Source: Takakia lepidozioides
Lineage: Eukaryota; Plantae; Bryophyta
Direction of reading: 5' to 3'
Assembly: GCA_030704615.1 (NCBI GenBank)
Contig: CM060731.1
Location: forward strand, 74,586,001-74,650,000
Length of the DNA stretch: 64,000 nucleotides
The notes below the pieces were generated by a model. It was given only the letters and a program-made list of their open reading frames with translations. It was not told where the DNA came from and did not search any database. Of the stretch, positions 11,200-25,700 are shown in pieces. The stretch's first letter is position 1. Every line of letters begins with the position of its first letter. The position numbers were made by a program, and so were the translations under genes.

Positions 11200-13510
11200 C
11201 CCTGACTGCCATCCAGGCTTGTAGGATGCTGACTCCTCCCAAAAGTCCAGGGTGAAGCCCATGGGATATAACACTGCCCACCAACAAGAACATCGTAAGA
11301 GACCGCGTCTGTCACAATGCCTTGGCTCGCATCACTGAGCCATCTACATGATGATCTGATTGTAGTCCAATGGCCAACTCACGCCGTGTCATGCCCCGAG
11401 CCTGCTTTCATCCTCCCAGAGATGTCTGTATCTGGAAAGGACAAGGCTCCATATCCGCCTCCATGAGGCCCAAACCTGCAATAGCAACTCTGCCCAACAT
11501 CAGTGGCTGAGCTCCTGAGTCCAATAAGACCCGCTATGGCCGGTACTTCTTGCCTGCCGGTCCACTCAAAGTGAAAATGCCTCTCTGGTTGTCTAACAAG
11601 ACAACTCCAGGTGTCACCATGCGCTCAAAGGCTGGCCTAGCTGGCAGCTCCGTCAACCTGGCAGCTACAGCTTGCCATGGCGCAGCCGTGGCAGTCTTGA
11701 CCCTCAAATCCGAGGATCCCTCTGCCACTACACCTTCCAGTAACTCGCAAAAGATGAAGTGACCTCTCCACTCTCGCAGAGTGTTGCTGCTAGTCTGAAA
11801 CTGCAGCTGGTCTTACCCCCGGCGTCGCAATCATGGTTGCCGAGAACAGTGGGGCTTGACACACAGAGGTGGTTGCCCCCAATAACACACGGCTACTAGC
11901 CTTGGTAGCAGGTGTCAGTGCTGCACGTGTAGCTCTCCCCAATGGCATAGTAACCTCCACCTCGGTAACAGTCGGGTGAGAACTAGGTGCCATGGATGGC
12001 GTCGACACTGTCTCCGCCAATGTGAATGACTGAGGAAGCCTCGCTGACGGCTTGCCTCCCACGCTGTGGATCCAATTCCACCTCTGCACCTCGTGGCTCA
12101 GGAACTCGTGCTGCTCCTCGAGTCACGGCTGCAGCAGACTCCACCTGCACTAGTGGTAGTGCTGCTCCGCACATGAATCCCATGCCTCCCATATCTCCCC
12201 CTCAGGAGCAAGAGGTGGACCATCCCGCCTGGGAGCCGGTACCACTGAGCTGTAGCCATGGCAGCGAGCCTGCTCTAGCTGCTGAAGCCGGTTGGCCATG
12301 TCTTGGTCAACACCCTGACCTCCGCGTCCTTGGCCATGTTGAGCTTGCCCTTGGCCTGCACCTCGTGCCCGACCACCTCGTCCTCTCTGGGCTGGTCCAC
12401 CTTGCCCCCGGCCACCATTGTTCCCTTGGAATTGGCCTGGGCGCAACTCCGGGTGCAAGTCATAACACTGGGCATCTCCATGCCCATACTTGCCACAATG
12501 CCCACACTGCAACTGTGCAGGCCTTCTGCCACTCTCTGGGCAATCTCTCTTGACACATGGGTCCTTCACATGTCCAACATATCACCCCTGGTTGTTGTTG
12601 GCCTGCAAAAGATGCCACGGGCCTCTGCACCTGAGGTCCCCTGTAAGCTCCATGGAACTTGGGTTGGGCAACCTTGCCCCCCTAACCACGCTGTTGGGCA
12701 GTCCCTTGTACCTGTTGGCTGGCAGCTGCCTTGTGCAGGCATGTCCTTGCCAAATCCAATGGTAACAACTCGCTCCTCCACCATGTTGAGCTCAATCACT
12801 CAGCCAGTAGAAACACATCGCTAATGTGGGTTGGGGCCGCTTGTAAAGGTTGTATCCCACACCCTTCTCTTGAGCTCCTTGTCCAAATTCCATACCAGAA
12901 CTGGACTGCCTGAGCTTCAGTAACCCCTTGGGTCACACTTATCAAGCGCCTCATACGAGTGTAGGCCTCTCGCAAGCTCTCACTGGTTTGCGCTGGAAGT
13001 CTTGCAAACTTCGCAGCTTCTCTGTCCGTACACCTTGGTAGTTTGTCCGCAACTCCTGGAAGAAACTCCACCACCGGGGTTGAATCTAGGCACATGTGTT
13101 GTAATTGTGGCAGGAGGAGTAGTAGCACCTTTTGAACTGGTACCACCCCAAGTGCCGGCACTACTTGTTCCACTACTAGTGCTTGTAGTTGGAGATGTTT
13201 GTGTAGCTGCTGGTGTCACGCTGCCTTGTGCCTCTAGTGATTGAGACATAGTTAGGTGACCAATACTCTCGCCACTCCTCAATCTCACCGCATGTCCCCG
13301 CCTAAATTCATGGTAATCATCCATGGGCGGCCCCTCAAGGTGCTAGAATAGCCCCTTCCACGCCATAAAGGGCGTAAACAGTTGTGGATTGCGCATTTGC
13401 TGCAAATCACACCAACTATCAACTCTTGTAAAGTCATCAGCTCGATGGTGCCCACAGCCAGTACCTACTGGCCCCTTGGTAGCTCCATACATCCTCCATC
13501 ATGTCCCACA
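11200..13510 (-). pseudogene. Family A gag (CCHC knuckles) and aspartic protease, frameshifted
   Basis: SESLREAYTRMRRL (retrotransposon gag); CGHCGKYGHGDAQC knuckle; VLLDSGAQPL near 11510-11530. Confidence 0.85.
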
Positions 13511-14413
13511 ACAATGGCACGGAAATGACTTGCACCCTCGGAGAAATCCTCCTAACTCCGAGTCTGAACCTTCCTCAGAAGACACTGAGGTGAAAGTGGC
13601 CTAAACCGCCCTTGTCTTGTGTACCCACTAGTATCACTGGTGCTTGTACTGGCACTCCCCTCAGCAGCTGGTGGCACCTCCGTGATGAAAACTCACAACC
13701 CAACCGGTAACCTGTCTCTAATCCCCACTTTCTACCAGGTAACCGGGTAAAGAACCTGTTGCGGCTACTGATTCAAGCAGGAATAATAGGTTTCTAACGT
13801 AGACCTGTACCTGTCCACCGCAAGCACTCCTATGGTTTGCTGGTCATCAATCCAGCCTCACCATAGAAGAAAAACTGGTGGTCTTGCTGGTCATCACTCC
13901 AGCCTCACCACCGACACATACTCTAGGATTGGCCCGTGATCAAATCCGGACCAACCTCTATGAAAACAAGCGCCCACACAAAGCTAACATGGTGCACAGT
14001 CAAGCATGCAGGTGTGGAGGGGATCCAAGCACAAGAAAATCAAGACAGCAACTCCCCCACACCAAAAACACTCCACAGTGTCACTCCTGCAAGAACACCC
14101 CAGCCCAAACCCGGACTGACTCTTGCCTCCACCTACGGAAAGGTTTTTGGCCTACAGAGAGGGTGAAAGACTATGGAGAAGAGAAACTAAAGCAATTCCT
14201 ACCCCAGAATGCTCTCATCCCACCACTCTCCCTCCTGTCTCTATCCACTCGCTTGTATGGCCGTGGCAAGCATCCTTCAATATCCCTCAATCAATCCTTC
14301 AAGAGCTCAAACATTGTCCACCAAAGCTCTCGAAGGGTCCTCCAAGGACCCCAAAGATCCTCCAAACACTCCTCCAAGGACCCCAAAGATCCTCCAAATA
14401 CTCCTCCAAGGGC

Positions 14414-15324
14414 TGTTAGAGGACTGTAGGGGACTTAGACACTTATACGGGATCTGTAGGGTACCCTTAATTTTGCACAGACTGAGACCAACAGGAGCCT
14501 TAGGGGTGACAGCAGCGCACTGTAGAGGGGGGTCACAGTCGTCACAACACAGCAGCCACACAGCCGTCACCACAGCCAACACAGCCCGTCACAGTCGTCA
14601 CAACACAGCCAACACAGCCCGTCACAGTCGTCACAGTCACAGCCCGTCACCAGCACAGCACAGCCACACACACAGTCACAGCAGCCGTCACAGTTCACAC
14701 AGCCAGTCACAGCTTGACACAGCGTCACGATCATAGGGAACGAAGAGTAGGACAGGGAACGACTGTGGGGAACAACACCTGAAGGGAACATGTTAGTTCA
14801 CAGACGACGGTTAGAGAGGGAAACGGTTAGAACCGCGGATAGGAGGATAAAGGGAGAAACGGGGAATGGAGGGGATCATTAGGAGGAGATCGGAGGCGAG
14901 ATGGAGAGCACGATGAAGGAGAAAAGAGGATTAGTAGATGCTTGTTATATGCAAAGCTGTAGTGATATTGTAGAGCAGATTAGAGACATAATGGCTTCGG
15001 CCTGATACCTGATAAATCATAATCTGATACTTATACGATACAATCACACTGTGTAGAGAGATCTGAGTGAAGCTGTGGATTGAATGGATGAGTGAAGGAA
15101 ACCGATAGATTGATGAAGCAAACTGATACTTAATTATCAATGGTAAGGTAGCTAAGATGAATGCGGAAAGGGAAACAAATAGGAAACACCCCCATGATAC
15201 ACTAGCTGTAGGTCATGACTGATTGTTCTGCGCGGGCTGAGAGTACTTAGAGATTTCCAACTCTTCTATCTTGGAGTTTCCGCCTCGGATAGCGAAGGGA
15301 TGGGTGAGTAAAAGCCGCGCGACA
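14414..15324 (+). repeat. Family B 5' LTR containing a CACAGCC/GTCACAG simple-repeat tract
   Basis: TGTTAGAGG...GCGCGACA, near-identical to 26390-27300 outside the simple-repeat tract. Confidence 0.95.
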
Positions 15325-15326
15325 TT

Positions 15327-15344
15327 TGGCGACCATACTGGGGA
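15327..15344 (+). other. Primer-binding site, probably tRNA-Arg
   Basis: TGGCGACCATACTGGGGA lies 2 nt after the LTR end. TGGCGACC is complementary to the ...GGUCG-CCA end of plant tRNA-Arg (recalled, not searched). The same sequence is at 58538. Confidence 0.7.
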
Positions 15345-15419
15345 CCTGGGACATGAACAACCAGATGTGACAGGCATCTGGTGGGATCATGGTGGTTGGA
15401 CCATTAAAGAATTTGAAGT

Positions 15420-15909
15420 GAATCAAATTCCCTGTGGAACGAAGGAAGAAAGATTGTCCAAACAATTCTTTCAAAGGTTCTTGGAATTGCCAGACGGATT
15501 GTAAAGAAAATATTCTTAAACGAGTGCATGATGCTGATCCAGAATGGGGTCTGGAGAAAGGAGTGATAAAGATTTATCAGGTAGCCTAGAGGAAGAGCAC
15601 GTTGGTTACCAACATTGGTTTATGTGATAGCATTGCTATCCATTAAACGAGTAGAGTTTGAAGGGGGAAGAAAGAAAGGTGAATGTTTATACTCATATGC
15701 ATGAAGAGCTTGTACTGGTAAAGAATTGGATTCCAAAGGATATTTTGTGGATCAAACTCACACCAAGAACAGCTTTTCAGACTTGTTTGCCATATGGTTA
15801 TATGGTAACGGAGACTTCAAGTATAGCCAAGGGTGCATTGAAGCTTGAAAGAAACCCAGGCATATACGAGAGATATTACAGAAGAGAGTTTTGGTTATTG
15901 CCACATTAA
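15420..15909 (+). pseudogene. Family B extra 5' ORF (ORF0) of unknown function, frameshifted copy
   Basis: Homologous to the open 174-aa ORF at 58600-59124 (…ERKVNVYTHM…WIPKDILWIKLTPRT…ERYY.REFWLLPH). Confidence 0.55.
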
Positions 15910-15930
15910 AAGAAATGAAAGACATGGGAC

Positions 15931-18900
15931 ATGAGTGATGAAAGAGAAGCTAGACGACAAGAGATATTCATCAAAAAGAGAAAGCTATCTGAAAGCTAAT
16001 TATCCATATCTTTGGGAGAGAGGAATAGACATAGGGGAATCATCTGGACCTCTCACACCATCAAGATCAAAAGTGCATCACCTATACCGGAAGAACTAGA
16101 GTTGGATGCCACTCCTTCTGTTTCTTTGCAAGAAAGATTAAGGGAATTGGTACAGGAAGAAGATCAATCACGAGGTGAAAGATCTGAGGTACATCCTTGG
16201 ATAAAAGACTTGACAGAAATCTTTGATAAGAGTTGGCATGGAACACCAAAAGCAGGAACTCCAGTTTCTGAAGCAGAAGATGAAGAAGAGAAGAGGATGT
16301 GGCAGAGCCAACGGAGAGTTCAGACTCTCCAACACCATTACAGTTGAGTTACATGAGTGAAGAAGAAACCCAAGGGCAGAACTTGGAGGATGAAACAGAA
16401 GAGGAAGAATATGAAGAAGTAGACCCAACAGCTGAGGTTGAGACTACAACCAGGACATCCCAACCCGTTGGACCTGGATCAAGTGGAGCACTTGGATCAC
16501 AGGCCAACGAAGGTGTCGGCTCAGGGGGATCAGGCGGGCTGCCTGGATCTGGCTCTGGGGGGACAGGGAGTGTGGGAAGTAGTGCAACTGAAGCTGGGAA
16601 TACTGTGAATATCGTGGGCCAGAAGCAGGAGTGCTCAAGGGCCACCACTTGGTGGAAGATCCACCACAAAAACAACAGGTCCAGAAGGACCAGCACCAGC
16701 AAGGGTGCCAGCACCTGTCAGTGGGCAGAAGGTAGGGCCACAGATGGCGTTACAACCAACACGGGCAAAACCACCCTTTCCAATATATTCAGGAAAAGGG
16801 GATCCCGATGTACACATTAGCCAATTTGAGCACATGTGTATAGTGAACAATGAGAATGGCGATGATGCCAAGATGAGACTGTTTCCTTGTTCACTTATCA
16901 AGAAAGCAAGTGAATGGTATGCAAGATTCCCTGATAATCATTTCCTAACCTGGAATGGCTTGAATACAGCATTTCGAAATAGGTTCAGGACAAGTAAAAC
17001 TGAGGATGAAGTGTATGGAAGTTTACAACAGCTGAAGCAGAAGAAGCATGAAACTGTTGAAGAGTATATGGAGAAGATGGAATTGATGATGAAAAAGCTG
17101 GCTGCAGTACCAGCGCCCGGTTTACAGAAGACTTGGTTTGTGAGTGGACTAAGACCAGAGTTGCAAAAGAAAGTGGATATGTTACCCCATAACAGTGGAG
17201 GAGGCATTTGAAACTGCGAACAGAATTGAGCAATTGGGAATGCTCAGGAGAGAGAAAAAAGAAGATGAGGACTCTGAGGATGAGTCAGATGAAGAAGAAG
17301 AGCAAGAACTAAAAGAAAGAGTAAGAGAAAGGAGAAGTTGAAGAGGGATAACTATGAAAAAAAATTGGAAGAAATCTTGAAGAAGTATGCCACAGAGGCT
17401 GCAACACATTGGAGGAAGGGTGTATGGTGTGCAAAGTGCCAGAATGAAGGCCATACCACCACAGAATGCCACATGAAGGAGAAACACTGTACTATCTGTA
17501 AAATGGATAACCATTCTACTGAGAATTGTTACTACAACAGAAGGACAGCTGCAAGAGAACCTAGGCAAGTAAGGGTGCATCAGGTGCAGCCCCAGCCAAG
17601 AAGAAACAATGATCAGGACCACTATGGTAGGTCTGGTGGTATAACAATGGCATGGAAGGGAGAGGTAATTCAAGAGGGAATTACCAAGGAAATTCCAGAG
17701 GCAACTATCAGGGTAATCCAAGGGGGAATTACCAGCCCGGGAATCAGGATTATAGAAATAATCCAAGAACAGACCAAGGGCGAGGACCCAATGGTGAAGA
17801 GCTATGTTACTATTGTAATCAGCCAGGACATCGCAAGGCAGCCTGTTCATTCTGGATAAGACACCAGAATGAGATGAGAGCTCCTGTGAATGAGGGCCCA
17901 GTGGTGGCAGCTCACATGGTTAGGCCATGTGTTGTACCAGAAGTAAGTACAATGATAGTAACAAGAAGTAAAGCCAAACTAATACCTCCAGTAGAAGAGG
18001 AAGAAGATGAGACTGGAAGTGGCAATGATATGCCTGAAGATGAAGAGACTTGGAAAGATGAGAAGGAACTGCACAAGGAAGTGGCAGATACTATAAGGGA
18101 AATGCAAAAGAGTACTGATATTCCTGTGGCAGATTCCTCTGATTCGGATGGAGAAAAGAAGGGAGTGAGGAAGAAAGGAAAAAAGAAGATGCAGACATGC
18201 AAAGTAATGAAGAGACTTTGGCTGAAGTAATATGTCAGACCAAAGCAGAAATTACCATTGGACAGCTATTAGCTGTGGCACCTTATTGTAGGCACAGGCT
18301 GTATCAAGGCAATCAATCGAATTGCCCAAGAGACAGGAAACACAGACCTGAACAGCAAGGTGACCAGTTATAATGTGAAGCCGGAAGGGCGAGAACCAGT
18401 CATGGACTTTGATGATTCTATGCCAGTAATCCAATTGAGAATTGGAAGCACAGAACTAACTGATGTACTGATAGATGGTGGTTCTGGAGTAAATATCATG
18501 ACAGACCAATTAATGCCCCATTTACAGTAACAATGGCAGATCAAAGAAGTGTACAGCCATTGGGATTAATAAGAGGAGTTAAGATACAGATACAGAAAAT
18601 GATCTTTATGATCACAGTAACTGTATTAAAAATGGATGAAGTCATGGAGGCTTACTCCTTATTATTGGGACGTCCGTGGCTGAAACAGGCCAGGGTATTC
18701 CATGACTGGAATTCTCAGTTACTAACTGTGCATAATGGGATGCACGAGATACAAATTACCACAAAGAAATCTAGTAGATTACCTGCTACAAGAAGACCTC
18801 GAGGAGTCAGAGAGTATGACTGGAGAGGAGGACTGGATGAGGAGCAGGAAGCTACCCTATTTGCTGCACACCCAGAGTGGGAGCAGGTTGCAGAGATGCG

Positions 18901-21900
18901 GCTGGAAAGCCTAAGTTGTTTGAGAGGTATCTGCTGTGGTGTAGTGACAGCAACACCAACTGAAGAGGAAACCAGCATTTACCCATCACATTTCTATGAA
19001 GAAAAGAGAGGGAGAATAGAAATCCTAGAAGAACCAGCCACTGTGAGCTTACAGGATGAAGTGGTGACTGGTTGGACAATCACAGCTGATGAGCAGGTGA
19101 GAGAAGTAAATGTGGGAACTCAGGAGGAACCGAGATGGTGAAAGTAGGAGCTGATTTGGAGCCGGAATTCTTCGAAGAAGCTAAAAGCTTGTTCATCAAA
19201 TACAGAGATGTATTTGCTTGGAGCTATGAGGATCTAAAAGGGATACCACCTGAAGTCTGTCAGCATAAGATTGAACTGGAACCAGGGTCAGTACCAATCA
19301 AGCAGGCGAGGTATAGAATGAATCCCAACTACGCACAGAAGGTTGGAGAAGAGATAAAGAAGTTGGCTGAGGCTAAGTTTATATACCCAATAGAGTATAC
19401 AACTTGGTTGTCACCCATTGTTATAGTTCCCAAGAAGAATGGCAAACTAAGAGTATGTGTGAACTATAAGAAGCTGAATGCTTGTACGAAGAAAGATCCT
19501 TTCCCTTTGCCATTCACAGAAGCAGTATTAGACACTGTGGCAGGCCATGAGATGTACTCATTCATGGATGGCTTCAGTGGTTATAATCAAGTGCAAGTGG
19601 CAGAAGAAGACCAAGGGAAAACAGCTTTCATCACAGACTGGGGGGCTTATGCATACAAAGTCATGCCCTTTGGACTTTGTAATGCACCAGCGACCTTTCA
19701 GAGAGTGATAAGTGAATCTTTTCATGAGTATCTGGATGATTTCATGCAGGTTCTTGGATGATTTCAGTGTGTACAGCTCTAAGAATGAGCACTTGCATAA
19801 ATTGGAGTTATGCCTGGCCAGATGCAGGATGAGAGGTCTGGGCTTGAATCCAGAGAAGTGTACTTTCTGTGTGAACTCAGGGGTGCTTCTGGGACACATT
19901 GTGTGTAAGAAGGGACTCTTGTGGATCCCAGGAAGACAGAGTCCATTAAAGTCTCTCCACCACCAGTGAATGTTAAGAGTTTAAGGAGATTCCTTGGGCA
20001 AACCAGTTATTACAGAAGATTTGTCAAAAGGTATGCACAAATAGCAGCACCATTGAGCAAGCTTCTGAAGAAAGATGCAGTGTTTGCCTGGACAGCTGAA
20101 TGTCAACAGGCGTTTGAGGAACTTACACTGTCAGTAACAACTACACCTGTGCTGATTAACCCTCACTGGCATGTAGTATTTCATGTTCACTGCGATGCAT
20201 CAGGAGAAGCGTTGGGAGCGGTGTTAGCCCAGAATGTTACAGGGAATATAGATTCACCTGTGTACTATGCTAGCCGGTTGATGAACAGTGCTGAGAGGAA
20301 CTATAGCACAACGGAAAGAGAAGCATTGGCAATGATCTATGCAGTGAAGAAATTCAGGCATTACCTATTGGGAAGAAAGTTTATGTTTTATGTGGATCAC
20401 CAGGCTCTGATATATCTGGTGAACAAACCTTTGATAAGTGGAAGGATAGCGAGGTGGTTAATAATCTTGCATGAGTTTGAGTTCGAGGTTATTTACAAGC
20501 CTGGCCGTTTGCATCTTGTGGCAGATCATTTGTCACGACTAACAACAGGAGAGGCCGCCACAGGAGTGGACGATCAGTTACCTGATGCGAGTTTATTTGT
20601 AATGGAGGTGCAAGGAAGTGCAGATGAATGGTTAGATTGGCAGTGGCCAATCAGATACTACCTTGCTCATGGTCAGTGCCCACCTAGTTATGGTAAGGAG
20701 CAGAGGAAGAGAATTGCTATCAAAGCTTTACCTTACTATGGTAGGAAGCAGAATGTATAAGTTAGGACCTGATGGAGTACTAAAACGATGCTTGTACCAC
20801 CATGAAGTAAATAAAGTCTTGGAGGAAGTTCATAAAGGAGTGGCTGGAGGTCATTTTGGAGAAGAGAGACTACCAGTAGAAAGATACTACTCGCAGGATA
20901 CTGGTGGCCTACTTTGTTCAAAGATGTACATGAGTATTGTCAGAAGTGTGATGAATGTCAGAGGCTAGGACCTTTGCAGAGATCTGGAAGAATGGCCTTG
21001 CATCCTACAATGCCTACGGAACCATTTCAGAAATGGGGACTAGACTTTGTTGGACCAATTAATCCACCATCCAAGAATACACGAAACAGGTACATAATTA
21101 CAGCCACTGATTATACTACAAAGTGGGTGGAAGCTAAAGCTTTGAGGGACAACACAGCCAAGTCCACAGCAAGGTTCCTGTACGAGAACATACTTACACG
21201 ATTTGGATGTCCCTTAGAATTTATCAGTGATCAAGGAAGTCACTTCATGAATGAGACCATTGAGTTGTTGACTAAAGAGTTTATGATTGTGCATAGAAAG
21301 AGTACAACATATTACCCACAGGGTAATGGGCAGGCAGAGGCTACCAACAAAATACTATGTACTATCTTGGCTAAGATAGTCAATGCAAACAGAACGGATT
21401 GGGATACAAAGCTGCTGACAGCTTTGTGGTCATACAGGACTTCATATAAAGTCACCACTAAGTATACACCATTCCAATTAGTTTATGGTATGGAAGCCTT
21501 ACTTCCAGTGGAATTCCTGTTACCTACCATGAGAACGGAGTGGGGAAAAAGAATGGAATTGCAAGACTCCATCAAGGTCAGGAAACATGAATTATACCAT
21601 GTGGAAGAAGTACGTGCTGATGCAGCTGATAATATGACCAGAATTCAGATGAAGCGAAAGGAACAGTTTGATGAAGGCAAATTAAAGACTTTTAAGACGG
21701 GGATTTGGTTCTATGGTTGCAGAAGAAAGGAAAGATTCAAGCTTCTAAGCTTAAATCACCATGGAAAGGACCTTATGTCATACAAAAGATGTATGATAAC
21801 AACACGCCATGTTACAAACCATTAACAAAGAAATGCTGGGAAGAGTCAATGCAAATAAGTTGAAGGGGTACAGTGGTATCCATGACAAACCCCTGCAGCA

Positions 21901-22003
21901 TGATTTGCATGTTGAACCGCAAGAGCAGTCACGGGCTGCACCAGTGTTACGAACGGAGTATGGAACACTTGTCGCTAGGCCAGCATATATGACCAGGGTG
22001 TGA
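15931..22003 (+). pseudogene. Family B gag-pol, frameshifted
   Basis: YSGKGDPDVHI...MRLFPCSL gag; three CCHC-like knuckles (CAKCQNEGHTTTEC, CTICKMDNHSTENC, CYYCNQPGHRKAAC); LIDGGS protease; FMDGFSGYNQ, MPFGLCNAPATFQR, FLDD RT; CDASG...YYASR...TTEREAL RH; WGLDFVGP, ISDQGSHF, YPQGNGQAE INT; GPY-like tail. Confidence 0.95.
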
Positions 22004-22744
22004 CACAGCCTATCACAGATCACACACAGCCTATCACAGCCTACCACACACAGAGACAATCACAACACAGCCACAATCACAGCACAGCACACAGCCTGTC
22101 ACAGCTCAACACAGCCTACTAAAGTTACACGATCCATAGAATCAGTGACAAGTGGACACATAAAAACTTCAGGAAAATGGCTGAGGAAGAAGAAGAAACG
22201 GAAATTAATTTAAAAATAGACACGTGGAGGTCAGGGTGCGACACACAGCAGAGAATGAAGTGCAAGGACAGGTGTCAAAAAGAAAGAGGACAAGAACGGC
22301 CGTCAAAGGGATGAAAGGCGGGCCCATTAATGAATACGGAAAAAGGGAAACGGAACGAACGGCAAGTACAGAAAAGCCGAATTCATGTCGCATGTGTGAT
22401 CCTAGTGGACTATCCAACAGGGAAAGTCCACTAAAGAAGATAAAAGTTAAAATCCAGTCACAGCGGATACAGCCAATAGAAAACCAGAGAAATGATCAAG
22501 AAAATGGAGGGAAATTGAGCGCAAGAGGCGGCGTCGTTCTGAGTAACGGGCGTCTCGACAGGACAGGCCATAAATGCTATAACTTGGAAACTATGGAGGA
22601 AACTAACAGACTATACGCTCGCAATATTACTTACGCAGTGGCATAGACACGAAACGACAGAGCAGAGCTTTTCTCTTGACAATGCTTGCAAGCCCCGCAG
22701 GCTTACAAGAGATTACCCATAGCTTTCTGCGGCAACCATACGTT

Positions 22745-25700
22745 TATGCTTTGTGCACTACAGGCATTCCTGCAGTTGTTACAGCCAAAGCAGTTCTGTG
22801 AGTCTAAGATGAAGAGAGTGAGAGGAATGGAGGAAATCAGGGTGAAGAGCACCACAATTCTGCAGAGAAACAAACGATGGCTACCCCACAGGCGATAAAG
22901 ATACTGGAGGAGCTGAGATTGGAAGGATTGCAAAGCCTAGATTGGACACTACACCATAGACAGTACATGTTACAATTTTTGCAGAACTTTGAGCCAAGGA
23001 CAGGAACAACAACGGTGAAGGGAGTTGAATTAATGATTACTCCCCTATACCTCCAGCAATTGTTTCGATTGCCAGCAGGTCAGGTGCATGTGGAGGAACA
23101 CAGGGCAAGACTGCAAATAGGGGACTTATTCCAAGAAGGAGTTTCTTTAAAACTCAGGGTTATGCTTGTACCAAAGCTGTGTACCCAGGGTTAAAAGAGA
23201 TAGGCCAGGTATTGAACGTTCTGATTGCCCTGAAACAGAACCAACAATATTTGAGCAGATCCTTCACAGAGGAAATACTCAAAGGCCTGAAGGGACAAGA
23301 GGTACAATGGGCGGACATAATGTACAACGCACTGGTAGAGGAGATGAAAAGATTACAAGGTACTACCGCAAAGTCTCCTATCATAGTGTCTGGCCCAATC
23401 ATTGCTCAAATAATCCTTAATTCTGGCATACTTAATGCACAAGAAAGGAAGGAAATGGGAGTGTTTGAGCCAGAAACAACTGCAATGGAAGAGCAAGGCT
23501 CTTCACACAGTGAGGGTGGACTAGCAGCACAACCCGAGACTAAGAGGCAGAGAAGGGGAAAGACTGTAGTGGCGGATCCACTGGCTTCACGGATTCCGCA
23601 TGATAATGTTTCCCAAGCTCATGACCAGGAAGGGGCACAGCAGCACAAAAGAATGTTATTACTGGAAGCAGGACCTTCAGAGAGGGAGGAGGAAGTTACT
23701 TCTGCATCAACCAACACAGCCACTTGAACGACTTGTCACAAGGTCACAAGTTATCCATGCAGCTCAACCCGAAAATTGATTTGGAAAGTGAAGGGATAGA
23801 TATTCCAACTACAGAACAGATAGTGGCAGAAATAGAGAAAGGGGACCTTCTCTATGAATATTCTGGTCTGGTCAAGGAGACAGAAATCCCAGAGGTGCAA
23901 CAGTTGCCCAAGGGAAATCCTGAGGTGCATATAATGCACACACCTGTGTCGGAGGTACCACAGGCGGAAGGTCATGACACTGTAGCACCGGTCATAGATG
24001 AAGTAGTTCAGGAAGAAAATCCGGTGGGACAATGGCCTGAATGGTTAGTGAGACATCATACTGTTGAAGATCGGGAGGAACAGCAGCAACCTCACCATGA
24101 TGACCCTCAACAGGCAATGCTGATGAGTTCCATAGGCAGGACACTTAATTTGTTGGGGACTTATGTCAAATCCCATGTTCCAATTACCCAATTGACAGCC
24201 TTGAAAGAGGAACTCAGGAAGGAGTTTGAGGCTCGACTTGCCACTGAGTGTGCAAACAAGGTCGATGAAGAGGTCACTCTCAAGATGAAGCAGGACTTGG
24301 GCAATACAGAAATGGCTTTGCAATTGGCCAAGCAACAATTGATTGAGGCAGGCCTCGCGCAAGACCAGTTGCACGAAGCACATAAGCAACAGCTATACCA
24401 AATGCAGGTGCAGCATGAAAGCAAGTTGCAAGAACTGAATGCACTACATACGGAGTTGCAGACAGTGCATAACAGGATGGCGATACAATGTGCTACATTT
24501 ACAACTATGCTTGACCAATCAACAAAAGAAATAAACAGTCAAGCGGAAAAATGTACGAAGGCAGAAGAAGAGAATGTGAGCAATGAAGCTCATTGTCGAT
24601 ATGAAGAATACAATCTGTCGCAATGAAGATACTTTCAAGCAATACAGGCAGAGGGAAGCTGATCAAGAGAAACACATCGTGGAGTTGCAACAAACCATCG
24701 TGGCCAATAGAAATGAAATCGCGGTCAGTAACAAAGCTTCGAAGGAAGCCAATAATCTACTTGCTGCCTATGCGCAATTGGTTGAGCCACAGGCGAAGCG
24801 CATGGAGGCTTTACAACAGCAGTTGGAATTGTACAAGCTAAGAGAGGAGCAAACTCTCAGGGGAACCACAAGCAGCTTGGTGGATAACAGCCTTATGCAG
24901 GTCTGGTTAGCACAAGGGCCAGTAGAGGGCAAAGCCCACGAAGCTCACCCAAAGCGAGATGAATGAGCTCAGACTGCAGGTGCAGAACATTGCCACAACT
25001 ACTATAGACAATGTCTATAGTAGGATAGCAGAGTTACAAGAGGATGTAGACGGACTCCAGACTCAAGTGGAAGACCTCACTTCAAACATCGACCAAAGAG
25101 TCTATATCCCTCAGGAACAGCTAATGGCTTCTTATTTGCAAGCCAGAACTCTGGCTTTTCAGTCTTCACAGGAGGTGCAGGAGATGCCAATGATACAGGA
25201 GCCAGTACCACCACCACCACCACAACAGGTCAGTGTACCAGTAGCTGAACCTGTGGTTACTACAACCACACCACAGCCACCACAGCCGGAGGTATGGGGC
25301 AATGCCGCTTTTAACCCACCTAAAACTCCAGCTGCCAGGGAGTACAGTAGGGCTATGATTATGCCCTTCAACCAAATTCCCATCATGTTGGATTTGGCTT
25401 GGAAAGAATTTAGTCCTCCGCAGTCATTCGCACATTACTACCAAATCATGCGTATTTGGCTGCCAGTGGCAACCAGGACTAAAGTTCTTCCAAACAATCG
25501 ACATATTGAAGATCATCACTTTGCACAATACTGGCACGAGGCAGGTACCATGTTGAGGGAATTGGTTGCTTTCCAGGTTGTACATGGACTCATTTATACC
25601 AAGACCAAGGAATAGCAAGTTGTCATGGGGTGCGGGCTATACTACGCTGCTTGTTTTCTGGTACGTTACCACATTGAGCAAAAAAGATGCAAACACGCTT

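Larger units (their letters stand above)
4633..14413 (-). mobile_element. Ty3/gypsy family A copy 1 (DNMT3- and PHD-carrying), 5'-truncated
   Basis: Minus-strand gag, PR, C5-MTase, RT, RH, INT and PHD are colinear with the plus-strand copy at 31040-53210. The 3' end ...GCACAACA is at 4633. The 5' part is lost at the family B LTR starting at 14414. Confidence 0.9.

Noticed and set aside
15931-22003. Programmed ribosomal frameshifts in gag-pol
   Set aside because: Frame breaks are numerous and occur at different positions in the two copies, consistent with decay or sequencing indels.
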